Source of the DNA: a virus
IMG/VR virus record: IMGVR_UViG_3300034631_000059
DNA length: 64,000 bases
Strand: one strand, 5' to 3'
Shown: one piece after another, positions 36,308-46,700 of the stretch
Layout of the letters: every line of letters starts with the position of its first letter
How positions within the stretch are numbered: position 1 is the stretch's first letter
Program-made: the position numbers and the translations under genes
The notes under the pieces: model-generated
Seen by the model: only the letters and a program-made list of their open reading frames with translations
The model's database searches: none
What the model was told of the DNA's origin: nothing

Positions 36308-37701
36308 ACACCTACAACACCTGGTTCCCGGGCAAGCCCTTCTACAGCTTCCCCGAAGGCGCGGTCGCGCGCACCCTCTCGAACGCGGGCCTCTCCGGCG
36401 CGACGATGGCCGTGGACAGCTTCACCATCCCGAATCAATCCGCCGGCTTCGGTGTGGTGGCGGAGCATATCTACCCGCCGTTTGCCATCACGAAGCCCCC
36501 CAAGATCGCATACACCAGCGACAAGGATCTGCGCCTCTCGATCAAGGACGCGGACGGCTGGATGTGGGTGGCGCCCATGCCCGCGCAGGGCGCTCTCGCG
36601 GAGCGCGGGTGGAGCTGGGACCTGTTCGAGCTGGCGGATGTTCAGGACAACGGCGGCGAGCCCCCGAGTGCGCCGGCACAGGGCAACGTGCAGGCCTTCC
36701 AGATTCAGGGCGCGCCGGAGATCAGCGGCGCCGTCACGGTGAAGATCGCGTACATCGCTGGGCGTTCCCCGGGCACGGTCAGCAACAGCGGAGAACTCTC
36801 CCTCTTCTCGATCACTAGCACCGACCCGCAAGCCCTCACGCTGAAGATCGGGGACGTGCGGCTTGAAGGCGGCAGCCGGCGGCCGTTGAAGTACAACGGC
36901 GCCCTGCCCTTCGGCTTCATCGTCGGCGGCCCGAACCGCTCGAACCTGTCCACGGCCCCTTACCGCGGCCCCTATATCGCGGGCTACCAGTCCGGCACGC
37001 CATGGGTGGACCTGGGCGAGACAGTCAAGCTGGGCGCCCTGCTGGACTTCATGCAGGAGAGCCAAGTGCAGTTCCGGGACCGCCACCCGCAGCGCATCCT
37101 TGGCCCCTTCATGCACTGCTATCTGCCGGTCGTGTGGGACGCCATCCAGACAGGCCCGGTGGACTCCTGGGTGTGGGACGCGCCGGACGGCAACCCGGCC
37201 TGGTCCGGCTGGCAGTATCGAGCCTTCGATGCCATCGCGGAGACCTGGGCATTGATGGCGGAGAAGAACATGGTCGGCATGGCCAAGGCCGCCACCGTGA
37301 CCAACCGCTTCGCGACATGGCTGGCCGCCTGGTTGGCCGAGCATCCCACGGCCGACCTCATCCCGTCCGATTGGGCGCCGCCGGGCTGGGCACCCGGCCA
37401 GCCGCTTGCGCCGGAGAGCTATCTGGATCCGAAGGGCACCTTCAAGGTGCCGCACGACATGGCCCTTTGCCTGAAGGCCGCGCTCTATGCGCGCAAGGCC
37501 GGTGGCGCGGCCGCAACCTATCGGCCGATCATCCGGCGCATGATCCGCGCGCTCGCGACGTGCCAAGTGCCCGCGGGCGAAAGCCCGATGCGCGGCGCGT
37601 TTTCGCTGAACCCCGAGGCCTACGAGTCCTACGGGTTCCATCAGGGCGAGATCATGGACGCCCTCGCGCTGGCACTGCAGAATCCCGATTACCTAACCTA
37701 G
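36304..37701 (+). CDS. Tail-associated protein, possible C-terminal half of an (alpha/alpha)6 glycosidase fold
   Basis: GTGA coupling; aromatic-rich helical C-terminus WSGWQYRAF...GFHQGEIMDAL. Confidence 0.65.
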   Translation: MNTYNTWFPGKPFYSFPEGAVARTLSNAGLSGATMAVDSFTIPNQSAGFGVVAEHIYPPFAITKPPKIAYTSDKDLRLSIKDADGWMWVAPMPAQGALAERGWSWDLFELADVQDNGGEPPSAPAQGNVQAFQIQGAPEISGAVTVKIAYIAGRSPGTVSNSGELSLFSITSTDPQALTLKIGDVRLEGGSRRPLKYNGALPFGFIVGGPNRSNLSTAPYRGPYIAGYQSGTPWVDLGETVKLGALLDFMQESQVQFRDRHPQRILGPFMHCYLPVVWDAIQTGPVDSWVWDAPDGNPAWSGWQYRAFDAIAETWALMAEKNMVGMAKAATVTNRFATWLAAWLAEHPTADLIPSDWAPPGWAPGQPLAPESYLDPKGTFKVPHDMALCLKAALYARKAGGAAATYRPIIRRMIRALATCQVPAGESPMRGAFSLNPEAYESYGFHQGEIMDALALALQNPDYLT

Positions 37702-37714
37702 AACCGAGGACAGG

Positions 37715-39415
37715 ATGGCGATCCGACTGACGGCATTTTCCGGAGAGACGCCCGCCGTCAACCCTCGCCTGCTGCCCGACAACTCGGCACAGATCGCCCA
37801 GAACGTGCGGCTGGAACGGGGCGACCTGGTGCCGATGCGCACGAGCAAGCTTGCCCACACCTTCAATGCCGATGCACAGACCATCTACCTGTTCCACGGC
37901 ACGTGGCTGGGCATTCCGAGCATCGCGAACATCGTGCCCGCGCCCGTGGCCGAGAACCGGCTGTACATGACCCTGGCAGAGGGGCCGCCTCAGATGCTGG
38001 TGGACGGCGCAACGCAGCTTGGTCTTGCCGTCCCCCGGCCTGGCGCGCCGCCCATCCTGACCACCAGTGGAACGCTCGATACCGACCTCTCGTTCTCGAT
38101 CATCTACGTGACTACGTTCGTGACCATTTACGACGAGGAAAGCGAGCCGTCCGATGTGTCGGCGTCCTTTGTTGTTTCGCCCAACATGACCGTCAATCTC
38201 GGGCAGATGGAAGTGCGGACGGATCGCGGCATCAACAGGCGCCGGATTTATCGCTCTCAAACCGGCACGTCCGGCAGCACCGAATTTTATTTGGTGGGCG
38301 AGCAGTCCGTTGCAGCGACGACTTTCAGCGACAATCTGGCGGCAAATCCCATTCAGGAGCTTTTGCCATCCGTAGATTATAACCCACCGCCCGATGGGCT
38401 GAAGGGCATCGTCGCCATGCCCAACGGCATTATGGCGGCGTTCGTGGGGAAGAAGCTCTATTTCAGTGAACCCTTCATTCCTCACGCATGGCCTGAGAAA
38501 TACGTTCTCACGACCGACTACGATATCGTCGGTCTGGGCGTGGTCGGGCAATCGGTTGTGGTGGCGACCACCGGCCACCCCTATCTCGCCTCCGGCATGA
38601 CCCCAGAGAGCATGACCATGGAGCGCCTGCGGGTGAACCTGCCGTGCGTCTCGGCGCGAGGCATCGTTGATCTGGGCGTGGGTGTCGCCTACCCGTCCAC
38701 GCGCGGGCTCGTTCTGGTCAGTGCGAACGGCGCGCAGATCGTCAGCCAGGGCATGATGACGCCGGACCAGTGGGCGATGCTCTCCCCGGAGCGGATGATC
38801 GCGAGCGACATCAACGGCCGCTATGCCGCCAGCTATGTGGTTCGGGACACCACTTACGGCGGGGTTATCCTCATCGACTTAACGGGCCAACAGCCTTTCG
38901 TCTTGCGCGCCAGCGACAGCTTTCAGGCCGCCTTTACGGAAATCGGGACCGGCCGCCTTTTCGTCCTCACGGACAACCGAAAGGTTTATGAATGGGACGC
39001 ATCTGGCGCGGCAGCCACTGAGTATATCTGGCGCTCGAAGGCTTTCGTGCTGCCCGAGGCGACCAATTTTGGTGTGGTCCTGGTGGAGGGCGACAACACC
39101 ATGTCACCCGAGGAGCAGGACGAAAACAGGCTCCGCGCGCCTGGGCTGAATCTTGGCATCGAGCCCATCGGCGCGCCGCCAATCTGGCTTGAACCCGCCT
39201 ATAGCAGCCTCATGAGCGGCGGTGCCCCACCCCCTCCCGGCTTCATGGCCGTGATCTATGCGGACGGCAAGGCGGTGGCGCGCGTCACCACCATGAACCG
39301 GCCGGTGCGCCTGCCCGGCGGCTTCGCGGCGCGGCAATGGGAGGTGGAGGTGCGCGGCAACCAGCGCGTGAGCCTCATCACCCTGGCGAACACCGTTTCC
39401 GAGCTGGCCGTCTGA
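37715..39415 (+). CDS. Tail nozzle / tubular protein B-like
   Basis: FSGETPAVNPRLLP, RRIYRS, LKGIVAMPNGIMAAF.GKKLYFSEPFIPHAWP, VRLPGGF.ARQWEVEV. Confidence 0.75.
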   Translation: MAIRLTAFSGETPAVNPRLLPDNSAQIAQNVRLERGDLVPMRTSKLAHTFNADAQTIYLFHGTWLGIPSIANIVPAPVAENRLYMTLAEGPPQMLVDGATQLGLAVPRPGAPPILTTSGTLDTDLSFSIIYVTTFVTIYDEESEPSDVSASFVVSPNMTVNLGQMEVRTDRGINRRRIYRSQTGTSGSTEFYLVGEQSVAATTFSDNLAANPIQELLPSVDYNPPPDGLKGIVAMPNGIMAAFVGKKLYFSEPFIPHAWPEKYVLTTDYDIVGLGVVGQSVVVATTGHPYLASGMTPESMTMERLRVNLPCVSARGIVDLGVGVAYPSTRGLVLVSANGAQIVSQGMMTPDQWAMLSPERMIASDINGRYAASYVVRDTTYGGVILIDLTGQQPFVLRASDSFQAAFTEIGTGRLFVLTDNRKVYEWDASGAAATEYIWRSKAFVLPEATNFGVVLVEGDNTMSPEEQDENRLRAPGLNLGIEPIGAPPIWLEPAYSSLMSGGAPPPPGFMAVIYADGKAVARVTTMNRPVRLPGGFAARQWEVEVRGNQRVSLITLANTVSELAV

Positions 39416-39416
39416 G

Positions 39417-39719
39417 ATGCCCAGCACCGACACCGACTACCGCCAGCTCAAGGAGAAGGTGGAGATCCTGACCGGCGAGCGCGGTGGGAAGAACGATGCC
39501 GCTATGCGCCGAAAGGACTTCGACCTCATCGTGCGCCGTCTCGATGCTACGGAGCGGGGCCTGACCGACACGGAGAAGGCGCTGGCCGCTGTGGTGGTGC
39601 CGGGCATCACTATCGGCGCCATCGCCGCTCCGCCGGACGCCGCAACCTTCAACGCTTTGGTGGACCAGGTGAAGGCTCTCCGCGAGGCGGTGGAGGAGAT
39701 CAGGCGGGCCCTGGCATGA
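39417..39719 (+). CDS. Hypothetical phage protein
   Basis: LKEKVEILTGERG motif; tightly packed in the operon. Confidence 0.7.
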   Translation: MPSTDTDYRQLKEKVEILTGERGGKNDAAMRRKDFDLIVRRLDATERGLTDTEKALAAVVVPGITIGAIAAPPDAATFNALVDQVKALREAVEEIRRALA

Positions 39720-40147
39720 CACGGAGGGTGGTCTATGAGGATCCGCCGCGCCTGCTGGCCTGGGCGGAGGGGATCAACCGCACTGAGTTCATGTCAGACG
39801 CCCACGCCATCGGCCTGGAGGATGCGGAGGGCAAGCTGCTGGCCGTGGCCGTGTACCAGTGCTTCACCCATTACGAATGCGACCTCCACATTGCTACGGT
39901 GGACAGCGGCCGAGCCATGAACCGGGAGTTTCTGGTTCATGGGTTTAGCCACCCCTTCATCCGGTTGGGGTTGGTGCGCGTGACCGGCCTGATTCCGTCC
40001 AATCACGCGAAGTCTAACCGGGTTGCCCGGCACATCGGCTTTGTTCTTGAGGGGCGGAAGCGGGAAGCTTTTCCTGGTTGCGATATTCTGGTTTGGGGTA
40101 TGCTGCGGCGAGAGTGCCGCTTCATCCCGGAGCGGTTCAGAACCTAG
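39716..40147 (+). CDS. GNAT-fold protein of podovirus tail regions
   Basis: PFIRLGLVRVTGLI...RHIGFVLEGRKREA...ILVWGMLRRECRF. Confidence 0.75.
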   Translation: MTRRVVYEDPPRLLAWAEGINRTEFMSDAHAIGLEDAEGKLLAVAVYQCFTHYECDLHIATVDSGRAMNREFLVHGFSHPFIRLGLVRVTGLIPSNHAKSNRVARHIGFVLEGRKREAFPGCDILVWGMLRRECRFIPERFRT

Positions 40148-40156
40148 GAAGCCTTC

Positions 40157-40993
40157 ATGGGCGGCGGCAGCAAGAACACGGTCAGTACCGCCCCCGATCC
40201 GGCGGTGGGCATCGCCGCCATGAAAGAGGCCGAGCTTGGCGAGAAGTGGCTCGTGGAGAGCCAGAAGCAGTACGAGATCGCGAACACGCGTCAGGAGAAG
40301 CTCGACGCCATCTCGAACGAGGTGTCGGCCCAGCAGCTCTCGGCCTCGAGGGAGGCGCAGCGTTGGGCGGAGCAGGACCGGACCCGCTCCGTGGGCGTGT
40401 TCCAGCCGCTTCAGGACCAGTTCATTCAGAAGGCCGCCGATTGGGACAGCCCGGCGCGCCAGGACGGGGTGGCGGCCGAGGCCGCCGCGGATGTCCGGCG
40501 CAATGCCGGTATCGCGGACAGCACCCAGGCCCGCCAGATGGCCGCGATGGGGGTCAACCCCACCTCCGGCCGGTATGCTGGTGTGGACCGCGCCGCGAAG
40601 CTGCAGACGGCTCTTGGTGTGGCGAGTGCCGAGAACAACGCCCGCTCCACCGTTCGCAACCAGGCGATGGGGCTCATGGGCGACGCGATCAACCTGGGCT
40701 CCGGCCTGGGCGTGAACCCCGCGACCTCCCTGAGCCTGGGGAGCCAGATCGGCAGCGCGGCGCAGGGCACGCAGCTCACCGCCAACCAGGCGAACACCGC
40801 CAATATCGGCATCCTCAAGAGCGGCTACGATCAGGCGATGCAGGGCTACAACGCCCAGGCTAATATCCTCTCCACCCAGCGCGGCCAGAACATCCAGCTC
40901 GCGGGGCAGCAGGCGCAGCAGCAGGCCAGCAACCAGTCCTCCACGATGGGCGCCATCGGCTCCATCGCGGGCGTGGCGGTGATGGCGTTCTGA
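40157..40993 (+). CDS. Putative DNA ejection (internal virion) protein
   Basis: MGGGSK start, MGVNPTSGRY, Gln/Ala/Gly-rich, hydrophobic C-terminal GAIGSIAGVAVMAF. Confidence 0.65.
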   Translation: MGGGSKNTVSTAPDPAVGIAAMKEAELGEKWLVESQKQYEIANTRQEKLDAISNEVSAQQLSASREAQRWAEQDRTRSVGVFQPLQDQFIQKAADWDSPARQDGVAAEAAADVRRNAGIADSTQARQMAAMGVNPTSGRYAGVDRAAKLQTALGVASAENNARSTVRNQAMGLMGDAINLGSGLGVNPATSLSLGSQIGSAAQGTQLTANQANTANIGILKSGYDQAMQGYNAQANILSTQRGQNIQLAGQQAQQQASNQSSTMGAIGSIAGVAVMAF

Positions 40994-41676
40994 TGCGACC
41001 GAACCCGCCGCCCTTCGACCTCGCCAAGGTGGACGCCGCCACGGCCGTTCTCCTGGCGGAAGGCGTGCGCCTCTTCCAGACGCACTTCTATGCCCACGAC
41101 AAGGAGGAGCATGTGCGCCTCCTTCTGCGCTGGATGGCGCCGCCAATGGGGGCGGTGGTGGTGGACATGGGCTGCGGGGTGGGAGAGGTGGCCCGCCTCA
41201 TGCGCGCAGCGCGGCCGGATCTTGAGTTCGTGCTGGTGGACCTATCCCGCCGGAAGTTGGACCATTGCCCCACCGGCGAGGGCTTCTATCGCGTCCTGGC
41301 CGATGCGCACGCGACCGGCCTGCCCGGCGAGCGCGCGGACGTGGTGATGTTCCACTCCGCACTCATCAATATGGACGCCCAGCACGCGCTGGCGGAAGCG
41401 ACGCGCCTGCTGAAGCCGGGCGGGATTTGCTTCGTCAATGAGCTGATCCGCAAGCAGGGCGACAACCGGCGCTTCGAGGAAGTTCTCGGCGCTTGGGCGC
41501 CGACCGAATGGGAGCTGCGCAATTGGGCCGCGCTCGCGGGGCTGTTCTGCGATGGCGGACCCATGGTGCCGCCGGGCCTGATGGAGGAGTTCCGCGCGCG
41601 GCTGGAAGCGATCCAGGAGGCAGCTCTTTTGGATGACGTGCAGCCCCAGGTGTGGAGGTTCACGCGCCGTGTTTGA
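40993..41676 (+). CDS. Class I SAM-dependent methyltransferase
   Basis: VVDMGCGVG motif I, LVDLS, ADAHA, RLLKPGG. Confidence 0.85.
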   Translation: MRPNPPPFDLAKVDAATAVLLAEGVRLFQTHFYAHDKEEHVRLLLRWMAPPMGAVVVDMGCGVGEVARLMRAARPDLEFVLVDLSRRKLDHCPTGEGFYRVLADAHATGLPGERADVVMFHSALINMDAQHALAEATRLLKPGGICFVNELIRKQGDNRRFEEVLGAWAPTEWELRNWAALAGLFCDGGPMVPPGLMEEFRARLEAIQEAALLDDVQPQVWRFTRRV

Positions 41677-42430
41677 CGCAGACGCCGCCCTGGCCGCCGC
41701 CCGCGCCATGATGGAGGGGCATGAGCGCATCGCCCTGGAATGCTCCGGCGGGCGCGACAGCCTCGCCCTCGTCCACCTCCTCCGGCCGGAGCTGGATCGC
41801 ATTACGGTGTTCTGGCTGAACACGGGCGCCGCCATACCCCAGACGGTGTAGGCGATGGAGCGGGTGCGCCAGCTCGCGCCTCACTTCGTGGAGGTGCAGG
41901 GCAACCAGCCCCAGGTGATCGCGGAGTTCGGCATCCCGACCGACATCCTGCCGCGGAGCGCCACCCCCATCGGCATGTTCGCCGGGCAGTCCACGTCCGG
42001 CCTTCTGATGCAAGATTCCTACTCGTGCTGCGCGCGGGTGGTGATGGTTCCGCTGCACAAGGCCGTCATGGAGTTCGGTGCTTCGCTGGTGATCCGGGGC
42101 CAGAAGCTATCCGACCGGCACAAAAGCCCCGTGCGCTCCGGCGATGTCATCGACGGGGTTCGCTTCCTCTTTCCCCTGGAAGGGTGGGAAGCCGAGGACG
42201 TGATGACCTTCCTTCGGTCCCGCCGCGTCCCGATCCCGCGCTTCTACGACACCATGGGCGGCGCGCCGGACTGCATGACATGCACCGGCTGGTGGAGCGA
42301 GAACCACGGCCAGTACCTCAAGCGGCATCACCCCGAGGCCCACGCGACGGTGCAGGCGGGGCTTCGAGCCATCATGGCCGAGACGATGCCGCATATCGAG
42401 AATTTCAACCGCGAGCTGGAGCAGGAGTAG
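41669..42430 (+). pseudogene. PAPS-reductase-like (adenine nucleotide alpha hydrolase) gene interrupted by an in-frame TAG
   Basis: ECSGGRDS and LNTG motifs in 41669-41851, TAG at 41849-41851, same frame resumes GCG ATG (41855) with RGQKLSD, FPLEGW and PDCMTCTGWW. Confidence 0.7.
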
Positions 42431-42433
42431 GCC

Positions 42434-43678
42434 ATGGCCTTCGGTGTCGGGGCGGGAGCCTTCCTTCAGGGCCTTCAGGGCGGCATGGGCCTGTACGCCA
42501 AGTTCCAGGACGCCCAGGACCGCGCCACGCAGCGGGCCGCGCTGGGGGCGGCGGCGACGGAGGCAAGGACGGCGCGGGAAGCGGATATTGCTGGCGCGGT
42601 GACGGCCATTCCTGGCGCCGATGGGCAGGCGAGCGGCTTCCGCGTCGGACAGCACACCTTCGCTACCCAGGAAGAGGCGAACAAGATGGCCGAGCGCCAG
42701 GTGGGGTCCTTCATGGACTACTACCGGCGGGTCGGCGCGCCGCGCGTGATGGAGGGCTACCTTCAATCCGGCGACCCCGACAGGGCGGCGGCGTTCGCGA
42801 AGTGGCTGGACACGGAGGGCAGCCGGAGCGGCATGCGATCCTGGGCGCAAGCCATGCGCGCGGCTCAGTGGGGAGATGCGGATGGCTTCGCCCGTCACCT
42901 GACCTCCGCCTACAACAACCAGGACTATTTCGGGGATGGGCAAAGCGTCGGCCGCGCCGAGGTGCTGAGGGACGAGCGGGGGAACGCCACCGGCATGACC
43001 CTCACGATCCGCGACCGTGACGGCCGGGAGCGCACCCAGACCTTCAACGGCATGAATGACGTGTACCGCGCGGGGCTGGGCTTTCTTTCGCCCGACAAGG
43101 CGTTCGAAGTCCTTCAGCGCGAGAGCGAGTCCGCAACCCGGGCCCGCCTCACCCTGGCCCAGGAAGACCGTCGCTTCGGCCGGCAGGTGGCGCTTCAGCG
43201 CGACAACCAGAACTTCCAGGTTGAGCAGGGGAACGTGACGGAGCGGCGCGCCATCGCGCGGGAGGGGCGGCAGGAAGACCGCACCGAGGCCCGCGAAGGC
43301 CGCCAGGAGGTGCGCGAGGTTGCGCGGGAGGGGCGTGCCCAGCAGCGCACGCTGGAAGTCCAGGGCAACCAGTCCATGCTGCGCCAGGCCGAGAGGACAG
43401 CGGAGGACAACTCCCCGCGCCCGGATCGGGTCCGGCGCGACCTGGAAAGCATCCGCAGCAGCCTCGCGAATGGCACGACCATGTACCCCTCCACCGGGTC
43501 GGACGGGAAGCCGACGCGGGTTCTCTTCTCGGCCCTCCCGCCGGAGCGCCAGGCCGAAGAGGCGCGCAGGGTCTATGACGAGCAGATGGCGCAGGCGCGC
43601 CGCACGCGCCAGGAGCGCGGCGTGGGAGCATCGAGCCCCGCCCAGGGTGGCCGCGGAGTGACAGTATATACCCCCTAG
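42434..43678 (+). CDS. Putative DNA ejection (internal virion) protein
   Basis: MAFGVGAGAFLQGLQGG start, helical, RQE(D/V)R repeats; AGGAG RBS; precedes the giant gene. Confidence 0.65.
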   Translation: MAFGVGAGAFLQGLQGGMGLYAKFQDAQDRATQRAALGAAATEARTAREADIAGAVTAIPGADGQASGFRVGQHTFATQEEANKMAERQVGSFMDYYRRVGAPRVMEGYLQSGDPDRAAAFAKWLDTEGSRSGMRSWAQAMRAAQWGDADGFARHLTSAYNNQDYFGDGQSVGRAEVLRDERGNATGMTLTIRDRDGRERTQTFNGMNDVYRAGLGFLSPDKAFEVLQRESESATRARLTLAQEDRRFGRQVALQRDNQNFQVEQGNVTERRAIAREGRQEDRTEAREGRQEVREVAREGRAQQRTLEVQGNQSMLRQAERTAEDNSPRPDRVRRDLESIRSSLANGTTMYPSTGSDGKPTRVLFSALPPERQAEEARRVYDEQMAQARRTRQERGVGASSPAQGGRGVTVYTP

Positions 43679-43742
43679 GAAAATGGTGGTGTAATCCCCG
43701 CCAGGAAAAGCGGCTTCATGCCGTCTGGACGGGGATTCTTCG

Positions 43743-46700
43743 GTGGCGGAACGCAGCGTATTCCAGCAGGGCATCGCGGATCAGGCGGTCGGAGAATACC
43801 TGAGCGCCAACCCCCTGCCCTCCATTGGCGACGACCGCCCGGCCGCGTTCGTTGGTCCGGATCGTGCCCCCGGCACGCGGCTGAACCCTTCAGAGCCCTT
43901 TTCCCGTCCGGCGGAGGAGCGCGGCGGGGCGCCGGGGCGCCTTCGGATCAGCGATGCGCCCGCGCAGCTTCTGCCGCTGTTCGAGGAGGCCAGCGCTCGG
44001 CACGGCGTGCCCATCAACATCATCATGTCCCTGGCCGACCAAGAGAGCGGCTACAACTCCCGCGCCGTGGGCACCCAGACCCAATGGGGCCATGCCAAGG
44101 GCATGATGCAGTACCTCGACAGCACGGCGCGGGGGCTGAACATCAACCCCTACGACCCCGCCCAGGCGATTGACGCGGCGGCCCGTCAGATCCGCGAGCG
44201 CCTGGACCGGGGCTACTCCATGGTGGACGCGGTGCGAGAGCATTTCGCAGGCCCTGACCGCCGCCAGTGGGGCCCCAAGACCGTCCGCTACGGCGAGGAG
44301 GTGCTGGAGCGGGCCGGCGTGCTGGCACAGCGCATCGGGGACCGCTACGCCCCGCGCCCCAACCTGCCTCCCGCCGCATCGGAGCCGCCGGCCCAGACCG
44401 AGGCGCCCGCGGGCGAGGGCGGCATGCTGGGCGATGCCGGGCGCCTGCTGAAGATCGGCGCCAACTCCGCCGCGGCGAATGTCCGCGAGCTGGCGACCCG
44501 CATTCTGCCGCGCGGCGCCGTGGACTTCATCGACAGCATCGACCGCTGGGCGACCGGCAAGAGCAGCGACGAGCTTCTGCGCGCCGACACCAGGGCGATG
44601 GAAGAGGCCATGACGCCCGCCATGCGCGAGGCCATGCGCCGGGACTGGTGGGACAGCGAGCGGGGCACCTTCGGCTCCGCCTGGACCGACCCGCGCGCCT
44701 ATGCGGCTGGCGTGCTGCAATCCCTCCCCGAGATGGCCGTCACCATGGCCCCGGCCATGCGCATGGCGCGCGTGGTCTATGGCGCCCGCGTGGCTGCCGG
44801 CGCCGCACCCGAGGTGGCCGCGCGCGCGGCGGCGCGGGCCGCCGCCCTGACCGGTGCCATCACCGAGGGCGGCATGGGCGGCGCCGCAGCCGCCCGCGAG
44901 GTGCGGGACGCGGTGAACGCGCTTCCCATTGAGACCCTGCGGCAGTCCGATGCCTTCAAGGCCCTGGTCGCGTCCGGGCAGGATGAGGCCACGGCCCGGC
45001 GCGCCCTGGCGGAGGATTCCTCCACCCGCGCGTTCATCACGGCCGGCGTGGCGACCGGCATCTTCGGCGGCATGGGCGACCGGGCGATTGCCAAGCTCAT
45101 CACGGAGGGCGTGGCCGGGGGAATGACCCGGCGGGCGCTGCGCGGCGCGGCGACCAGCGCCGCCGCCGAGGGCCTGTTCGAGGAGCTTCCGCAGAGCGCG
45201 CTTTCCCAGGTGGCGCAGAACGAAGCCATCCGCCGGGCGAACCCGAACCAGTCCCTCACGGAGGGCGTGGCGAACGAGGCGCTGGGCGGGCTGGCCGTGG
45301 GGTCCGTCCAGGGCGCCGGCATGGGCGCCGTTGGTGGTGCTGCGCGGCGCCGCCAGGAAGCGCCTGCAGGCAGCCCCAGCCAGCCCGCACCCTCCCCCGA
45401 CAGCCCGGCGTCTCCCCCAGCCTCTCCAATTCCGGAAGAGGACGCGGCGCCGGGCCGCCAGCCGGAGGCGGTTGCCTCCCCCGCCGCCCCGGCTGGCCCC
45501 CTTCAGCGCGCCATCGCGACCGCGGCGCCCGCCGTGCAGAGCGAGCAGGGCCAGCGCGTGTCCCTGCGCGCGGAGGGCATGGACGACATCGCGGCGGTGG
45601 TGGATCACCACACGCCGGAGGGCGTCATGCTCCGCACCGAGGACGGCGAAAGCCTCCTGGTGACGAACGAGGACGTGGCCTCCGGCGCGGTGGAGATCGT
45701 GCGCGAGGCGACGCCGGCCACCGGCACGCAGCCCGCCCCTGCCGCCCAGCCTGAAGCGCCCCAGCAGGACGCCATCCGCCCGGCCCAGCAGGAGGGCACG
45801 GCCGCCCTGCAAGCGGCCATCGAGCAAGCGCCGCCTCTCCCCAAGAGCGGCGAGGCCCCTGCCCCTGCCCCGGCCCCGAAGGCCTCCGGCGCGCAGCATG
45901 TCTATGACTTCAAGGGAGCCTTCCTGGGCGCGGAGCCCTCCGCCCATCTCCGCGACGGGCTGTGGGCAGCCGTCCAGGCGGGCAGCGACACCCATGCGGG
46001 CATCCGCGAGAACCTGCTGATCGCGGCCAAGACCGCGCGCGAGGGGGGCGGGCTTGAGACCCGGAAGCAGTTCGACGCCTTCCTGAAGGATTGGCACGCC
46101 TCCATCGTCGCGCCGCGCGTGCGGATCGGCACGGCCGAGGGCAACGCCACTGCCATGGAGGTGATCCGGCGTCACGCCGTCGCCCCCAAGGAGCATGCGG
46201 CGCGGGACCGTGAGCAGGCCCGCATGGCCGAGGAGGACGCGCGGCAGGGCGGCGGGCTGGACCTCGCGACGGCCACGGAGTCCGAGCTGCGCGAGCGGCT
46301 GCGGTATCTCGCCCGGCAGGCCCGGCAGCAGGGGTGGACCAAGCCCCTCCTCGCGGCCCGCGCGGAGGTGGAGAAGGCCATCAACCGCCTGGCGACGCAG
46401 CCGGCACAGGAGAAGCAGGGTGCTGGTGATCGAGGGCTTGGGGCTGGTAGCGGCGCAGTGGGTGCTGGGAGCCCGTCCGGCACTGCTGAAGGCCCGGCGG
46501 CTGCGGCTGGTGACGCCCCAGCAGCACGTGGCGATGCTTCGGGCGATGCGGCACGAGGGAAGGCTACCGCCGGAGCTGCACCCCGTGGCGAAGGCGATGT
46601 TTCTGCTTCAGCTCGACGGCCCAAGCCTAAGCCTTCACTGATCGAGGCTGCGCCCGCCGACATGGGCGAGCGGTGGAGTGGGATGAACCACGATGAGCGC

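Noticed and set aside
41849-41851. Genome-wide amber recoding (TAG read as an amino acid)
   Set aside because: TAG is the normal terminator of many coupled genes here (e.g. ends at 18933, 24145, 26128, 28878, 37701, 42430, 43678, 61577), and no suppressor tRNA is visible.
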